DNA of 64,000 nt from Methanomassiliicoccaceae archaeon (GTDB taxonomy: Archaea > Thermoplasmatota > Thermoplasmata > Methanomassiliicoccales > Methanomassiliicoccaceae). This document shows, piece by piece, positions 28,359 to 38,478 of this stretch. Within the stretch, counting starts at the first letter, position 1. Every line of letters begins with the position of its first letter. The position numbers and the translations under genes were made by a program. The notes under the pieces are model-generated. The model saw nothing but the letters and a program-made list of their open reading frames with translations, had not been told where the DNA came from and did no database searches. The stretch spans positions 224,001 through 288,000 of the forward strand of contig CAVSJV010000007.1 of NCBI GenBank assembly GCA_963728405.1, written 5' to 3'.

Positions 28359-29096
28359 TCATCGCCCCAGGAACTCGTCCAGCGTGGTCTGGTTGTGCGG
28401 CACCGGATGGTACAGCATCGATTCCTGCTGGTTGGGGAGCGAGATCCTCAGGCACCGGGAGGCGTTCTCGATGCGCACGATGTCGTCCGCGGTCCCATAG
28501 AGGAGGTTCTTCAGGCTCTTCTTCTGCAGGAGCTTCATCAGCCCGCGGTTGGTGATCAGCGTCGCCACGCCTCTTTCCCTTGACAGATCATGAAGGCGGC
28601 CGACGCACCGTTTGATGAGCTGGTATGATTCAGACCAGTGCATCTCCTTGTCCTGGAACAGGTCGGGCAGGCAGGACACGATGACCATGCCCGCGTCGGT
28701 GAGACGCACCTCGTCCTCCAGCCGCTCGTCTATCAGGGAAACGAGCTGGTAGGCGGTGAACGCCCTGGCCACGTTGACGCTGTCCAGGACCTCCGCCCGA
28801 TCGAGGCCGAACCGCTTGCAGATGCGGCCCAGCTCATAGGGGTCCACCGAGTTCCCCCCGTCGACCCAAACGACGTCCCGGCCAAGCGAGCTGACGGCGT
28901 TGACGCACAGGATATGGGTGAGATCGAACAGCATGCGGTCCGAGGAGTCGATGAGCGTCACGTTGCCGGGCCGGACGCCGCGGAAGAACCCGTCCAGGGC
29001 CGGTATGGACGTGCGGACGGCCCGCTCGCCGGCCGGTGACGGCCCGATATCTGGTCTCGTGGCCAGCGTGTACGCTTCCCTGGTCGCTAGGCTCAT
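28359..29096 (-). CDS. Inactivated RadA/RecA-like protein (iRadA, ImuA analog)
   Basis: TSIPALDGFFRG with no Walker A lysine, WVDGGNSVDPY, VARAFTAYQL, and C-terminal QTTLDEF. Confidence 0.85.
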   Translation of the reverse strand: MSLATREAYTLATRPDIGPSPAGERAVRTSIPALDGFFRGVRPGNVTLIDSSDRMLFDLTHILCVNAVSSLGRDVVWVDGGNSVDPYELGRICKRFGLDRAEVLDSVNVARAFTAYQLVSLIDERLEDEVRLTDAGMVIVSCLPDLFQDKEMHWSESYQLIKRCVGRLHDLSRERGVATLITNRGLMKLLQKKSLKNLLYGTADDIVRIENASRCLRISLPNQQESMLYHPVPHNQTTLDEFLGR

Positions 29097-29114
29097 GCTC
29101 TCCTTCTTCCCCTT

Positions 29115-29131
29115 GTAAATATAAATATAAG
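29115..29131 (-). promoter_or_regulatory. TATA-like promoter of the iRadA-polB2 operon
   Basis: Minus-strand CTTATATTTATATTTAC lies 20-35 nt upstream of ATG 29096 in GC-rich context. Confidence 0.6.
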
Positions 29132-29200
29132 ACGATGAGAGGGGGGAGGTGCCCGAAAGTAGCCCTTCGTTTCCAGTGGGATGGCCTCCAAAAAATGCAC

Positions 29201-29214
29201 CGAAAGCGCTTTCG
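29201..29214. promoter_or_regulatory. Perfect 14-bp palindrome CGAAAGCGCTTTCG, candidate operator
   Basis: Self-complementary and intergenic, upstream of the polB2 operon promoter; a related site CGAAAGTAGCCCTTCG is at 29154-29169. Confidence 0.4.
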
Positions 29215-29350
29215 ACAGCAATGTGCGATAAGGCCACTGTTGAAAAAGGGAGATATGGAGCCATCTGGGCAGATCTGACACCTCCTTGCGGAAAGGAAAA
29301 GGGTTGAGCCCGCATTGAGCTCTGACCGATCTTCGAAGATATCGAACGAA

Positions 29351-29719
29351 CTACATCCGGGGGTTCGGCACCGGTTGCATCAGGCCGTGCATGTTGCCCT
29401 CGGTGTCCAGGAAATAGGCCATGGTGCCTATGTTGGGAATGTCCATCTTGGGGACCGCGATCTTCCCGCCATTCTGCTCGACCTTCTTGATGGCCTCGTC
29501 GAGGTTGGTGACCCCGATGGTATTGACCACCGGAGCGCTATTGGGCTTCCTGGGCTGTATGGCCCCATTGATCCCCAGGCCCTCCTTACTCCCGGTCTCG
29601 GCCAACCAGTAGTCCTGGTCTGTCCACTTCTGGAACTTCCAGCCGAAGACCTTCTCATAGAATTCCATCGCCCTCTTGGGGTCGTCCGCGCTCAGCTCAA
29701 AGAACGTCACTTTTGGCAC
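29351..29719 (-). CDS. VOC/glyoxalase family protein
   Basis: FELSADDPKRAMEFYEKVFGW...GGKI...GTMAYFLDTEGN. Confidence 0.92.
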   Translation of the reverse strand: MPKVTFFELSADDPKRAMEFYEKVFGWKFQKWTDQDYWLAETGSKEGLGINGAIQPRKPNSAPVVNTIGVTNLDEAIKKVEQNGGKIAVPKMDIPNIGTMAYFLDTEGNMHGLMQPVPNPRM

Positions 29720-29875
29720 TCGATATCACCCTGAATGCATTTTCACCGCACCCATTTAATGTTATCAATTTCTGGATTGTGAGATATGGTTGTAAGATCG
29801 GGCCGGCCGTCCAAACCTGATAGGGGACTCTCCATTCTATGTTCCATACGCTGACCCGATGCCCGTGGGTGGATC

Positions 29876-30031
29876 ATGTGGCAGGAAAATCAGTTCATAT
29901 TGAGGTGCCGGAAGTGTGGGAAAACAATCGCCGCAGCTTCGGAGGAAGGGGGCAAGGAAAGGACGATGGCTCACGATAATGAGATCCATGAATGCTCCTA
30001 CCCGGTGGAATGTGAAAAAAGAAGTCTATGA
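29876..30031 (+). CDS. 51-aa zinc-binding microprotein (CxxC...HxxxxH), absent from the ORF track
   Basis: MWQENQFILRCRKCGKTIAAASEEGGKERTMAHDNEIHECSYPVECEKRSL, preceded by the SD-like GGGTGGA. Confidence 0.55.
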   Translation: MWQENQFILRCRKCGKTIAAASEEGGKERTMAHDNEIHECSYPVECEKRSL

Positions 30032-30156
30032 TCGATCGGACAGGATGGTGCTATTCTCTCCCGCTAATGATCTAGCAGGTCGAAAGATCAGATTCAGAGT
30101 GTTGGTGGCGGGTTAAACAGATACCTTTAACTACTCTCTCCAGCATCGAAACGGGG

Positions 30157-31135
30157 ATGCCAGGGAGAGCGCTGACAGTAAGGCTTGGTAATGGGGTGGA
30201 AGTGCTCGGAGAGGAGGAGTTCTACTTCGATGCCGATGTCATCGAATCGTCCGGTAAGTTCTGCATATCTCACAGTTCATTCCGATCACCTGCCTAAGCG
30301 GGTGGTCGGCGACAAGGTCGTCTGCTCTGATATCACTCTCAGGTGCATCGGGGGACGGACGAAGCACAAATTGAGCATGGGACATCATGACGAAATAACC
30401 ATGCACAACGCCGGCCACATGGCTGGTTCCCGCATGTTCCAGGTCGAGGTGGAAGGCCGAAAGGTCCTCTACACTGGGGACCTATGCCCTCGCGACCGCT
30501 TCGGGCAGCCGGGGGCGAGGCCGGTCAAGACCGACATCCTGGTCATCGAGTCGACCTACGGCCGCCCGGGCTACGTCTTCCCGCCGACCGAGGAAATGGG
30601 AAGCATTATGCACGACTGGGTCGAGGACACCATGTCCCAGGGCCGGTCGGTGGCGATGTTCGCCTATCCGTTCGGCAAGTCCCAGGACCTCCTCCGGATG
30701 CTGGGCGATCTCGATCCCCTGGTGGACCAGTCGGTGTTCAACGCCTCTTCGCTCATACGGTGTGAAGAGGACCCCCTGAACTTCCAGCTGTACACTGAGG
30801 AGCGGGCCAAGGATCCTTTTGTCATCGTGTGTACCTCCTGGTTCCGTAAGTCATCGCAGGCCGATTGCTGGCGACGGGATGGTATGAGGACCGCTGCGAT
30901 CTCCGGTTGGGCCTTGGATTCGGGCTACAAATACCAGATGCGGGTGGACGAGGCCTTTCCCTTCTCCGACCATGCCGATTTCGAGGAGCTGCTGGCGTTC
31001 ACCGAGGCTTGCGAGCCGTCCCTGGTGCTCACCCACCACGGCTCTGATGAATCGCTAGCCCACGAGATCAAGGGCAGGTTGGGCATCGAGGCCCGACCGT
31101 TGAAGAAAGGTCAGCGGTCCTTGGCAGAGTTCTGA
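30157..31135 (+). CDS. MBL-fold beta-CASP nuclease; frameshift near 30272
   Basis: Split (S)H-x-HSDH motif, NAGHMAGS, YTGD, IESTYG, FSDHADF, THHG. Confidence 0.82.
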
Positions 31136-31158
31136 GTTGAACGATGTGGTCGGGCGGG

Positions 31159-31644
31159 CTAAACGACCTTGCTGAAATCCTCGGCCACCAGCCGGAATAG
31201 GAACCAGTCCAGATGCTTCCCGCCCATGCTCTCGTAGAAGCGGTGTGCAGGGTGGTTCCAGTCCAGGGCGGTCCACTCCATGCGTCCGCAGCTCTTGCTC
31301 TTCGCCTCCTGAACGCAGTAACGGAACAGCTCCTTTCCGACGCCTTTCTTGCGGTGCTCTTCGAGCACGAAGATGTCCTCCAGGAACAGGGTCGGCTTGG
31401 CCAGAAAGGTCGAGTAGGTGTAGTAAAACGCTAGGTAGCCGACGGGTACGCCGCCAAGGAGGGCGATGCGGGCCTGGAACATCGGCGGGTCGGAGGTGGC
31501 GTCCCTGATCAAACGGGCTTTGCTCTCTTCAGTGGGTGGGCTGAGCTTCTCGTAGTCGGCCAGTGCCTTAATCAACCCGACATACCGGTCGGCATTAGAG
31601 CGGTCTACCGGTACGATCTTCAAGCCCTCGGTCCCCGTGGCCAT
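31159..31644 (-). CDS. GNAT N-acetyltransferase (diamine acetyltransferase-like)
   Basis: LADYEK, LFLEDIFV...RKKGVG, MEWTALDWNHPAHRFY. Confidence 0.92.
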   Translation of the reverse strand: MATGTEGLKIVPVDRSNADRYVGLIKALADYEKLSPPTEESKARLIRDATSDPPMFQARIALLGGVPVGYLAFYYTYSTFLAKPTLFLEDIFVLEEHRKKGVGKELFRYCVQEAKSKSCGRMEWTALDWNHPAHRFYESMGGKHLDWFLFRLVAEDFSKVV

Positions 31645-31683
31645 GTTGTCCTGTATCGGAACGGACATAAAATGGATTTTGTC

Positions 31684-31903
31684 TCACAACGCATGCCCGT
31701 TCTTGAGCTCGACCACATCGTCGAAGAAGAGGGCCATCGATCTCGGCCCTCAAGACCTGGCCACATCATGAGCGAGGCGGAGTGAGGGATCATACTTGCC
31801 CGTCTCCAAGAAGACGATCGTTCCCCGTCGCACCCCTGCCCTGTTTGCCAAGTCCACCGAGGTAATATCCGGGCGGGCGCGGTGCTCCTTGGTTGGCCCT
31901 CAT
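31684..31903 (-). pseudogene. Degraded XRE/HTH_3 transcriptional regulator
   Basis: The frame [46 protein letters not shown] matches archaeal Cro-like regulators. The start is out of frame and the C-terminus has a premature stop or frameshift. Confidence 0.65.
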
Positions 31904-32272
31904 TCCACACATCCCGTCCTCCCAGGTGCCAGTTGAACAGCATTATTGGGAGGGCCATGGAGTCAGAACGGCCCCACCACCTGGGACATGCCGACCATAT
32001 GGTCGCCGCCGAACAGACCTAGGCCGATCAGCACTTCAAGCTAGAAGATCGTCGATGGTTCCTCGACCATCATCAGGATGCCATAGCCGATAAGGAGCGC
32101 CCCGCCGATGTACATGCCGATCAGTCGTGCTTCTACCCTGCTCACACATTTTTCTAACACAATGTCCGAGGGGGCCGGATTGCCGACCGCTCTACCTGTT
32201 ACTATATGGTCACTCTCCTGGTCGCCTGCTCGATCTGCCGAAAAATAGTACTGACCTTCTGAAGTTGAGAAC

Positions 32273-33031
32273 TCAGGTACTATCTTCGGCCCTAGAGATT
32301 ATGATGGTCTGGATGAAGATCGCTGTCAGCAGTCCCAGGGCCATGTAACCGGAGATGGACTCGAACAGTACGATGCCCTTTCCGATTCCCATCGGTACGA
32401 TGATATCATAGCCCAAGGTGGTGAAGACCAGGCCGCTGAAATAGAAAGCATCATCGAAGGTGATCGGACCCCCATTGCTGTCCAGGAGGCCGTTCACGAA
32501 GTAAATGGTCGCGAAAGTATAGATGATCAGGAAGATCGTGAGGAATACTAGGACCAGAGGGACCTTCGGGCTGGACCTGGAGCTGCCCCGCCGGAGGACC
32601 GATTCGACCAGCAGAGCGATCACCAGCAGGAGGGGAACGATCACGACCAATGATGCGGATGCCCGAAGGACCGGGTCTATCTCGTTGCCCAAGAGGGCGG
32701 TCGATGCGGTGAGCAGGAAGAATGCAGTTATGGGCAGGACGATCAAGAGCACGATGGTCCTGCCCGTCCGCCTCATGTCCTCGTCCAAGGTCCGATTGAA
32801 GGCCAGGATGACCAGGGCCGTCAGATAGAACGCGATATTCAGGATGACAAAGACTAATCCCGTTTCCAGTCGTGCGGCCGAGCTGTTTTCAGGCCCTCCC
32901 AGCAAGGGAACTATCATGAATGCCAGGAAGAACCCGCCCATTACCGCCCGGGATGTCTTGGGGGCGTGGGTGAAGAACAAACGAAAGTAGTCAAAGGTCC
33001 GGCGATTGCTGAACGACCAGGGGCGAGACAT
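32273..33031 (-). CDS. Two-TM pore (Ion_trans_2) potassium-channel-like membrane protein
   Basis: FDDAFYFSGLVFTTLGYDIIVP...ESISG pore region plus extra N-terminal TM helices. Confidence 0.8.
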   Translation of the reverse strand: MSRPWSFSNRRTFDYFRLFFTHAPKTSRAVMGGFFLAFMIVPLLGGPENSSAARLETGLVFVILNIAFYLTALVILAFNRTLDEDMRRTGRTIVLLIVLPITAFFLLTASTALLGNEIDPVLRASASLVVIVPLLLVIALLVESVLRRGSSRSSPKVPLVLVFLTIFLIIYTFATIYFVNGLLDSNGGPITFDDAFYFSGLVFTTLGYDIIVPMGIGKGIVLFESISGYMALGLLTAIFIQTIIISRAEDST

Positions 33032-33105
33032 GGGAAGGACCTAGCGGCCGCATTGAGCTGAAGTGCATCGACCAGGCGATTATTAAGGATATCCTGTGAG
33101 TGACT

Positions 33106-34059
33106 TCACCACATCTTCGGATAGGTCCCTGATGGCATGTACACGCGGTCGGTCTCGCAGGCGATGCCTTCCTTGGCCTTGGTCATCTCCTCGGCCGACA
33201 TCTTCGCGGTGCCAACGGCCACGACCTCGCCCTTGACGGTGAAGAACGCTACCGTGGTCTCCTTCCGTATGGCATCGTCCACCTGGGCGACACCTACCGC
33301 GGCTAGGTTGGCGCCATGACAAATGGCGTCCACGGCACTATCTTTGATTATGATCTTGGGCAGGGGGTCGAACAGCACCTCGATCGGGGAGATCATCGAG
33401 CGAAGCCAATGCTCGTCGCCGGCCTTCCAATCGACATAGGCGTCCTTGATGTCCTGCAGGGTGACGGCACTGTCCTCGGTCATGTTGCCGGAGCGGACCC
33501 TCCTCAGGTCCTCCATGCTGGCCCCGACCCCCAGTGCATCGCCGATGTCCACGCACATCGTTCGTATGTATGTCCCGGCATCGCAGTCGACCCGGAAGAG
33601 CACATCCCGGCCCCGGAACTCCAGGATATTTAGCGAATGTATGGTCCGGATTCGCATCTGCCGCTTGACCGCAGAGCGGACCGGAGGGGTCTGATAGACG
33701 CGACCGACGAATGTGGCCATTACTCGGCGAACATCCTCCTCCTTGCGGTCGCGGTGCAGTCGCATCAGGCCGACATATTCCTTATCGGACTTCAGCACGA
33801 GGTTGAGGGCCCGGACCGCGCGGCCGGTGGCGACCGGGAGGACGCCGGTGACATGGGGATCAAGGGTTCCTCCATGGCCTATCTTCTCTACCTTAAGGAT
33901 CTCTCGGACCCATGCGGTGGCCTGGTGGGATGTGGGGCCCAGGGGTTTGTCCATGTTGATGACTCCCGCTTCCAAGAGCTCCTCTATGGTCCGGTCGGTG
34001 GGCCGCTTCCCGGCTTTGACGTTCAAGGGGCTCTTGTCCCGGACTAGCATCTTAGACAT
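33106..34059 (-). CDS. cbf5: H/ACA RNA-guided pseudouridine synthase Cbf5/TruB
   Basis: DKPLGPTSH, GHGGTLDP, QTPPVRSAVKR, AGTYIR, and a PUA domain. Confidence 0.96.
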   Translation of the reverse strand: MSKMLVRDKSPLNVKAGKRPTDRTIEELLEAGVINMDKPLGPTSHQATAWVREILKVEKIGHGGTLDPHVTGVLPVATGRAVRALNLVLKSDKEYVGLMRLHRDRKEEDVRRVMATFVGRVYQTPPVRSAVKRQMRIRTIHSLNILEFRGRDVLFRVDCDAGTYIRTMCVDIGDALGVGASMEDLRRVRSGNMTEDSAVTLQDIKDAYVDWKAGDEHWLRSMISPIEVLFDPLPKIIIKDSAVDAICHGANLAAVGVAQVDDAIRKETTVAFFTVKGEVVAVGTAKMSAEEMTKAKEGIACETDRVYMPSGTYPKMW

Positions 34060-34590
34060 CCTTTACCTCCGCTTCCTTGATTATCCTTTCTGCCACCTGT
34101 TCTGGCGTTAGATGTGTAGTATCGATGATCAGGTCGTAGACCTTGTGGTCACGGATATCGATATCGTAGAAGGTACGGTAGCGCTTGGCCTCGCAGTCCT
34201 CGCGGACAACGATTCTCCTGCTTCCGCTGCTCTGGTGTACCGCCCTCTCTTTCAGCGACCCTTTCCGCCCGGACAGTCCAGGTCTGCATCCATGAGCACA
34301 CGCAGTGCTGGAATCCCATGCATGGTGAGCATGTAGGCGGTGAGCCTGCCTTCTAGGACGATGCCGTCCTTATCTCGGGCGATCTCCACCATCCGCTGGT
34401 CCAACCTCTTGTCCGCCTCGGGGTCCAGCTCGCACAGTTTTCCGAAGTCGGCCAGGGACATCGACGATTCCTTGGCCATCTGTCGGAAGATGTTGCCGGA
34501 GACCACCACTTCGAGATGTAGCCGGTCGGCAACTAGCTTGCAGACCGTGGTCTTGCCGGACCCGGGAGGGCCGCTGATGGTTATCCTCAT
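34052..34590 (-). CDS. cmk: Cytidylate kinase; two apparent indels (~34270 and ~34212)
   Basis: ITISGPPGSGKTT and LEGRL; shifted frames give RAERVAERE and RYRTFYDID...YDLIIDT. Confidence 0.88.
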
Positions 34591-35267
34591 GCCGCCTGGG
34601 CCTCAACCTCTTTGAGCCTCTCTCTGAACTCGAAGTAGCGCAGCGCGCGCATTAGGATCTGGCCGAACGGTATGCTGACGAGTGAGTACATCAGGACCCA
34701 GTTGGGCAGTATGGTCGTTCCCTGCGGCCCCAATAGTGGGACGCTCATAGCCCACGGTAGGTTGACCACCGGAATGGGGTTGAATCCGTTCATGAATACG
34801 TCCAGCCAGGCGAAGATGGGGATGACGATGAGCATGGTCAGCGGCATCAGCTTCATCTGGGTGGTGGACATGTCCATGGATTTCTTCATGATCTTGGACT
34901 GCTGTTCGGTCAGTTTCTTGATCTTGTACTTGTTGTTCTCGATCCGGGCCTGCCGAAGTTCTTTGTTGAACGCCCCGACGATCTTCTGGTTCTCCGCCTG
35001 TTCGACGTAATTGGTGAAGAAGTGCCTCACGATTATGGTCAGCGTGGTCATGATGATGCCCGTTAGGAACAGCGTCACTACTGGATTAGAGCCGCCAAGA
35101 CCGACCGTCGGCTCGAACACCACGCCTACGATGCTGCCCAACCATAGCCTAAGCGATTGGTCGAACAGCACGAACATGGCGAATACGAAGATGAAGATGG
35201 TGAAGAAAGTGCTCATCTGCTTCTTGGGGTCCGGCGGTGGCCGGGCCGGCGGAGTGGTAGATTCCAT
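34587..35267 (-). CDS. DUF106 / EMC3-TMCO1 (Oxa1 superfamily) membrane protein
   Basis: TM segments with a coiled coil, in the conserved position between secY and cmk. Confidence 0.88.
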   Translation of the reverse strand: MESTTPPARPPPDPKKQMSTFFTIFIFVFAMFVLFDQSLRLWLGSIVGVVFEPTVGLGGSNPVVTLFLTGIIMTTLTIIVRHFFTNYVEQAENQKIVGAFNKELRQARIENNKYKIKKLTEQQSKIMKKSMDMSTTQMKLMPLTMLIVIPIFAWLDVFMNGFNPIPVVNLPWAMSVPLLGPQGTTILPNWVLMYSLVSIPFGQILMRALRYFEFRERLKEVEAQAA

Positions 35268-35270
35268 CTA

Positions 35271-36855
35271 TCAATCACCTCCGAAGAAGCCTCTAAGCAT
35301 GGGGTGCATCTCCATCATCTGTTCGCGACCCAGCGCCTCGTAGAACTGGATCAGGATGCCCACGGCTAGCAGCACACCGGTACCGGACGCGTTACCGACC
35401 GTACCTATGAGATCCGCTCCTGCCGCAAGCGCTCCAACCAAGGCACCTGATATGACCGTAACCACGGGTATATATCTCTCTAGCACCCGCTTGAGGACGC
35501 GCGGATCGCGCCTGAACCCGGGGATCTGCAGTCCCGAAGATTCGATCTGCTTCGCTACCGCTTCCGGCCCCATGTTGGTGGTCATGATCCAGAACTTGGC
35601 GAAGACGATCGAGCCGACGACCATCACGCTGAAGAATATCACCACATGGGCGAGGATCTGCAGCGAGCTATGGCCGAACACCACCGTTGAGTATGCCGTA
35701 GGGTTCAGCAGCGGCAACAGCCAATCGGCCAGCCCTCTCGGTGTGGAGAGGTACCAGGCCAGACCTCCGGCTGGTGACGAGCCCGAGGCTGGAGTAAAGT
35801 ATCCCAGCAGGGCGTTATGACCGAGCAACGGCACCTGCTGAAGAGCACTATTGGTGTAGAACAATAGGGCGAACATGCTGATATTGGCCAGCACTGCGGC
35901 CATCAGGATGACTGGGATATTGGAGGCGTACAGCAGCTTGATAGGGATAGCGGCCCCTGGCGCCTCTGGCCGTTCCATGAGCCAGCGGCAGTTCGATCCT
36001 CGCCGATTCCACGTACGAGACGAACAGGAAGATCGCTATCGTGCCAATCAGTGCTATCAACGGATTGGGATTTTGCAGCAATATGCGTTCGTACCCTCCC
36101 GAGGCCAACTGGCCCGCTGACATGTTGACCAGATAGTAGATGGTCTTGGGGACCGTACCGGCCGGCGGGTTCGCCAAGCTCAACGCCGCGTTACCATCGA
36201 CCGGGTTCCAGTTCACCGTTCCGGTGAAAATGGCTTGCGCTACGCCTGCTGCAATGAACAGCGATATGCCGCTCCCTATGCCCCATTTAGACACGACCTC
36301 GTCCATTAGGAAGACGAGATAGGAGCCGGCGAACAGTTGTATTATGATTATGAACCTTGCAAGGTTCTGGCCGTTCAATATTCCAGATGCACCCACCAGG
36401 CCGTCCATGTTGTTGACGAAGGTAGGGGATGGAACGAGGTAGCCGAACACCTGAGGTACTGCTTCTACGAAGATCATGATGATGACCAGGAACTTCTGAG
36501 TGCCCTGGTAGACTGCCTTATCATCATCATTGGTAAGGTCAAGCTTGATGATCTTCGCGCCGACGAACAGCTGCATGATGATCGATCCGGTGACTATCGG
36601 ACCGATACCGAGATGCATCAGGGAGCCCTGCGCACCGGCCAGGATGGCTCGGTAGGGGCCGAAGATATCTATGATGTTCGCTTGGTCAAGACCATAGAGG
36701 AACACATTGGTCATCACGAAGTAGAAGACCAGCATTAGGACGACCCACAGGATCTTGGTCCGGAAGTGCACGTGCCCATCCGGACGTTTGACCGCGGGGA
36801 GCCTGTCCGTCAGCGGTTTCAACTTATACAGTCTACTTTTCTGTTCGTCGGCCAT
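35271..36855 (-). CDS. secY: Preprotein translocase SecY; frameshift near 35945
   Basis: LGIGPIVTGSIIMQL, KWGIGSGISLFIA, YPIKLLYASNIP (spanning the shift), QIPGFRRD, GTGVLLAV. Confidence 0.96.
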
Positions 36856-36874
36856 GTTGATCACTGGAAGCGGA

Positions 36875-37300
36875 CTAAGGCTGGGCTACCGAGCCCCCGG
36901 CCGCCTCGAGCTTTTCCTTCGCTCGGGCCGAAGACTCGGCAACCACTACATCGAAGATGTTTGAGACCTTCCCGAAACCCAGGAGTTTGTCCACGCCCAT
37001 ATTGGCGAGGTTGATTTTTACTTTGCCGTCCTGTTTCACGGCAAAGCCCTGTTTCATGAGTTCCTCGAGCTTCTCGTCCAGGTCACCCACATTGAGGGTG
37101 ATCTTGGCGGATACGACCTTCTGGGGGCGCTTGAAGCCGTGGCGGCCGAAGTGCAATGGGTCGTACTTGAGCACGCTCATGGTCTTGTGCTTGTGGAGAC
37201 CGGCATTGCCGTGGCCTCCCATTTTGCCCGCACCCCTTCCGCTCTTCTTTCCGCGCCCGTGGGTCCGAGATCCTCTGAACTTGGTGGTTCTGCTTGGCAT
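36875..37300 (-). CDS. rpl15: 50S ribosomal protein uL15
   Basis: RGSRTHGRG...GGHGNAGLHKHK, KLLGFG, EKLEAAGG. Confidence 0.96.
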   Translation of the reverse strand: MPSRTTKFRGSRTHGRGKKSGRGAGKMGGHGNAGLHKHKTMSVLKYDPLHFGRHGFKRPQKVVSAKITLNVGDLDEKLEELMKQGFAVKQDGKVKINLANMGVDKLLGFGKVSNIFDVVVAESSARAKEKLEAAGGSVAQP

Positions 37301-37311
37301 GTTCTAGCACC

Positions 37312-37776
37312 TCACAGCATCTTCTCGATGAGGGCGTTAATCCGCTCTCCCCGGTACCCCAGGGACCCGTGGGTCTTGAGGTCCTTCTTCACAGCTTCCC
37401 ATCCTTGGATCGGAGGGTGCAGCCTAAAGAGCGGCTTAATGTCCTTCAGATCCGAGTACTTGGCCTCGTCCATTACCACGCTCTTGGCGAACGCCTCGAC
37501 CGATTGGAACTGGGAATTGCCTCCCACATACGCATCGTCGATGGGCTTGTCCCCCATGAGTCGGCCGCGGGTCTTGATCATCCTGGCGAGCGTTTCCTCA
37601 GAAACCTCTCCCCAGGTGATGAAGTCCTTGGCCTTCTGCAGCATCCCCTTCATACAATCGTTCTCGGGGATGATGACGCAGTGGTTGACGCGGGTGAGGC
37701 GGAGCATGCACATCGTATCCTCGATGTCGTGGTTGATCTTCGTATGTCCGCGAACTCTGATTACCGCGAATGCCAT
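37312..37776 (-). CDS. rpl30: 50S ribosomal protein uL30
   Basis: AVIRVRG, ITWGE, FRLHPP, LGYRGERIN. Confidence 0.96.
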   Translation of the reverse strand: MAFAVIRVRGHTKINHDIEDTMCMLRLTRVNHCVIIPENDCMKGMLQKAKDFITWGEVSEETLARMIKTRGRLMGDKPIDDAYVGGNSQFQSVEAFAKSVVMDEAKYSDLKDIKPLFRLHPPIQGWEAVKKDLKTHGSLGYRGERINALIEKML

Positions 37777-37781
37777 TTGAA

Positions 37782-38477
37782 TCACGCTTCCTTAAGCGCC
37801 GCGGCATCGCCCTCGATGGGCGCGCCGGCGACGTGGACCCTGGTGGGCCCGCTGATGATCTTGAGGCGCTTCTCCTGCTCGTCGGTGACCCTCATTTCGG
37901 AGGTCCGCTTCAGAGCGTCGAAGGTGGCCAACGCGTAGTTCACCGTGGTCTTGGTGTGTCCGCGGGCAAAGCCCCAAGAGTCCTTTACCCCGGCCAGGCC
38001 GAGGATGCTCTTGGCGACGTCGCCAACGGCGAGCCCGATACCACGGGGCGCCGGCTTGAGGGTGACCTCCACCGAACTGGACTTACCAGTGACGGCCAGA
38101 GGCAGGGAGTGAGCTGTTCCGCAACCACATTCCCAGGACCCGCAGCCCCTCTTGATCTCGATCATGTTGAGCTTGGCGTTATCGATCGCCTTCCGGATGG
38201 TCGGGCCGACCTCCTTACCCTTGGCGCGGCCTAGGCCGACATATCCGTCGCCGTTGCCGACGCAGCTGGTGACCGCGAACCTGACCCTGCGGCCGGAGTC
38301 TGTCATCCTTTGGACCATGTTAAGGTCGATGACCTCGTCCTTCATCTCCGGCAGGAGGATATCTACGATCTCCGGCTCCCTCAGAGGGAGCTTGGTGGCA
38401 AGGGCCTGGCTCATGGTGGTTATCTCACCGCTCAGGACCATCTTGCCCAATCTTGTCTTAGGATTCCATTCTGCCAT
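37782..38477 (-). CDS. rps5: 30S ribosomal protein uS5
   Basis: [35 protein letters not shown]. Confidence 0.97.
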   Translation of the reverse strand: MAEWNPKTRLGKMVLSGEITTMSQALATKLPLREPEIVDILLPEMKDEVIDLNMVQRMTDSGRRVRFAVTSCVGNGDGYVGLGRAKGKEVGPTIRKAIDNAKLNMIEIKRGCGSWECGCGTAHSLPLAVTGKSSSVEVTLKPAPRGIGLAVGDVAKSILGLAGVKDSWGFARGHTKTTVNYALATFDALKRTSEMRVTDEQEKRLKIISGPTRVHVAGAPIEGDAAALKEA

Positions 38478-38478
38478 C

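Noticed and set aside
35271-36855. secY (also cmk, glnA and mptA) as pseudogenes or programmed frameshifts
   Set aside because: These are essential or core genes with undecayed flanks and no slippery-site plus structure pattern; sequencing error is simpler.
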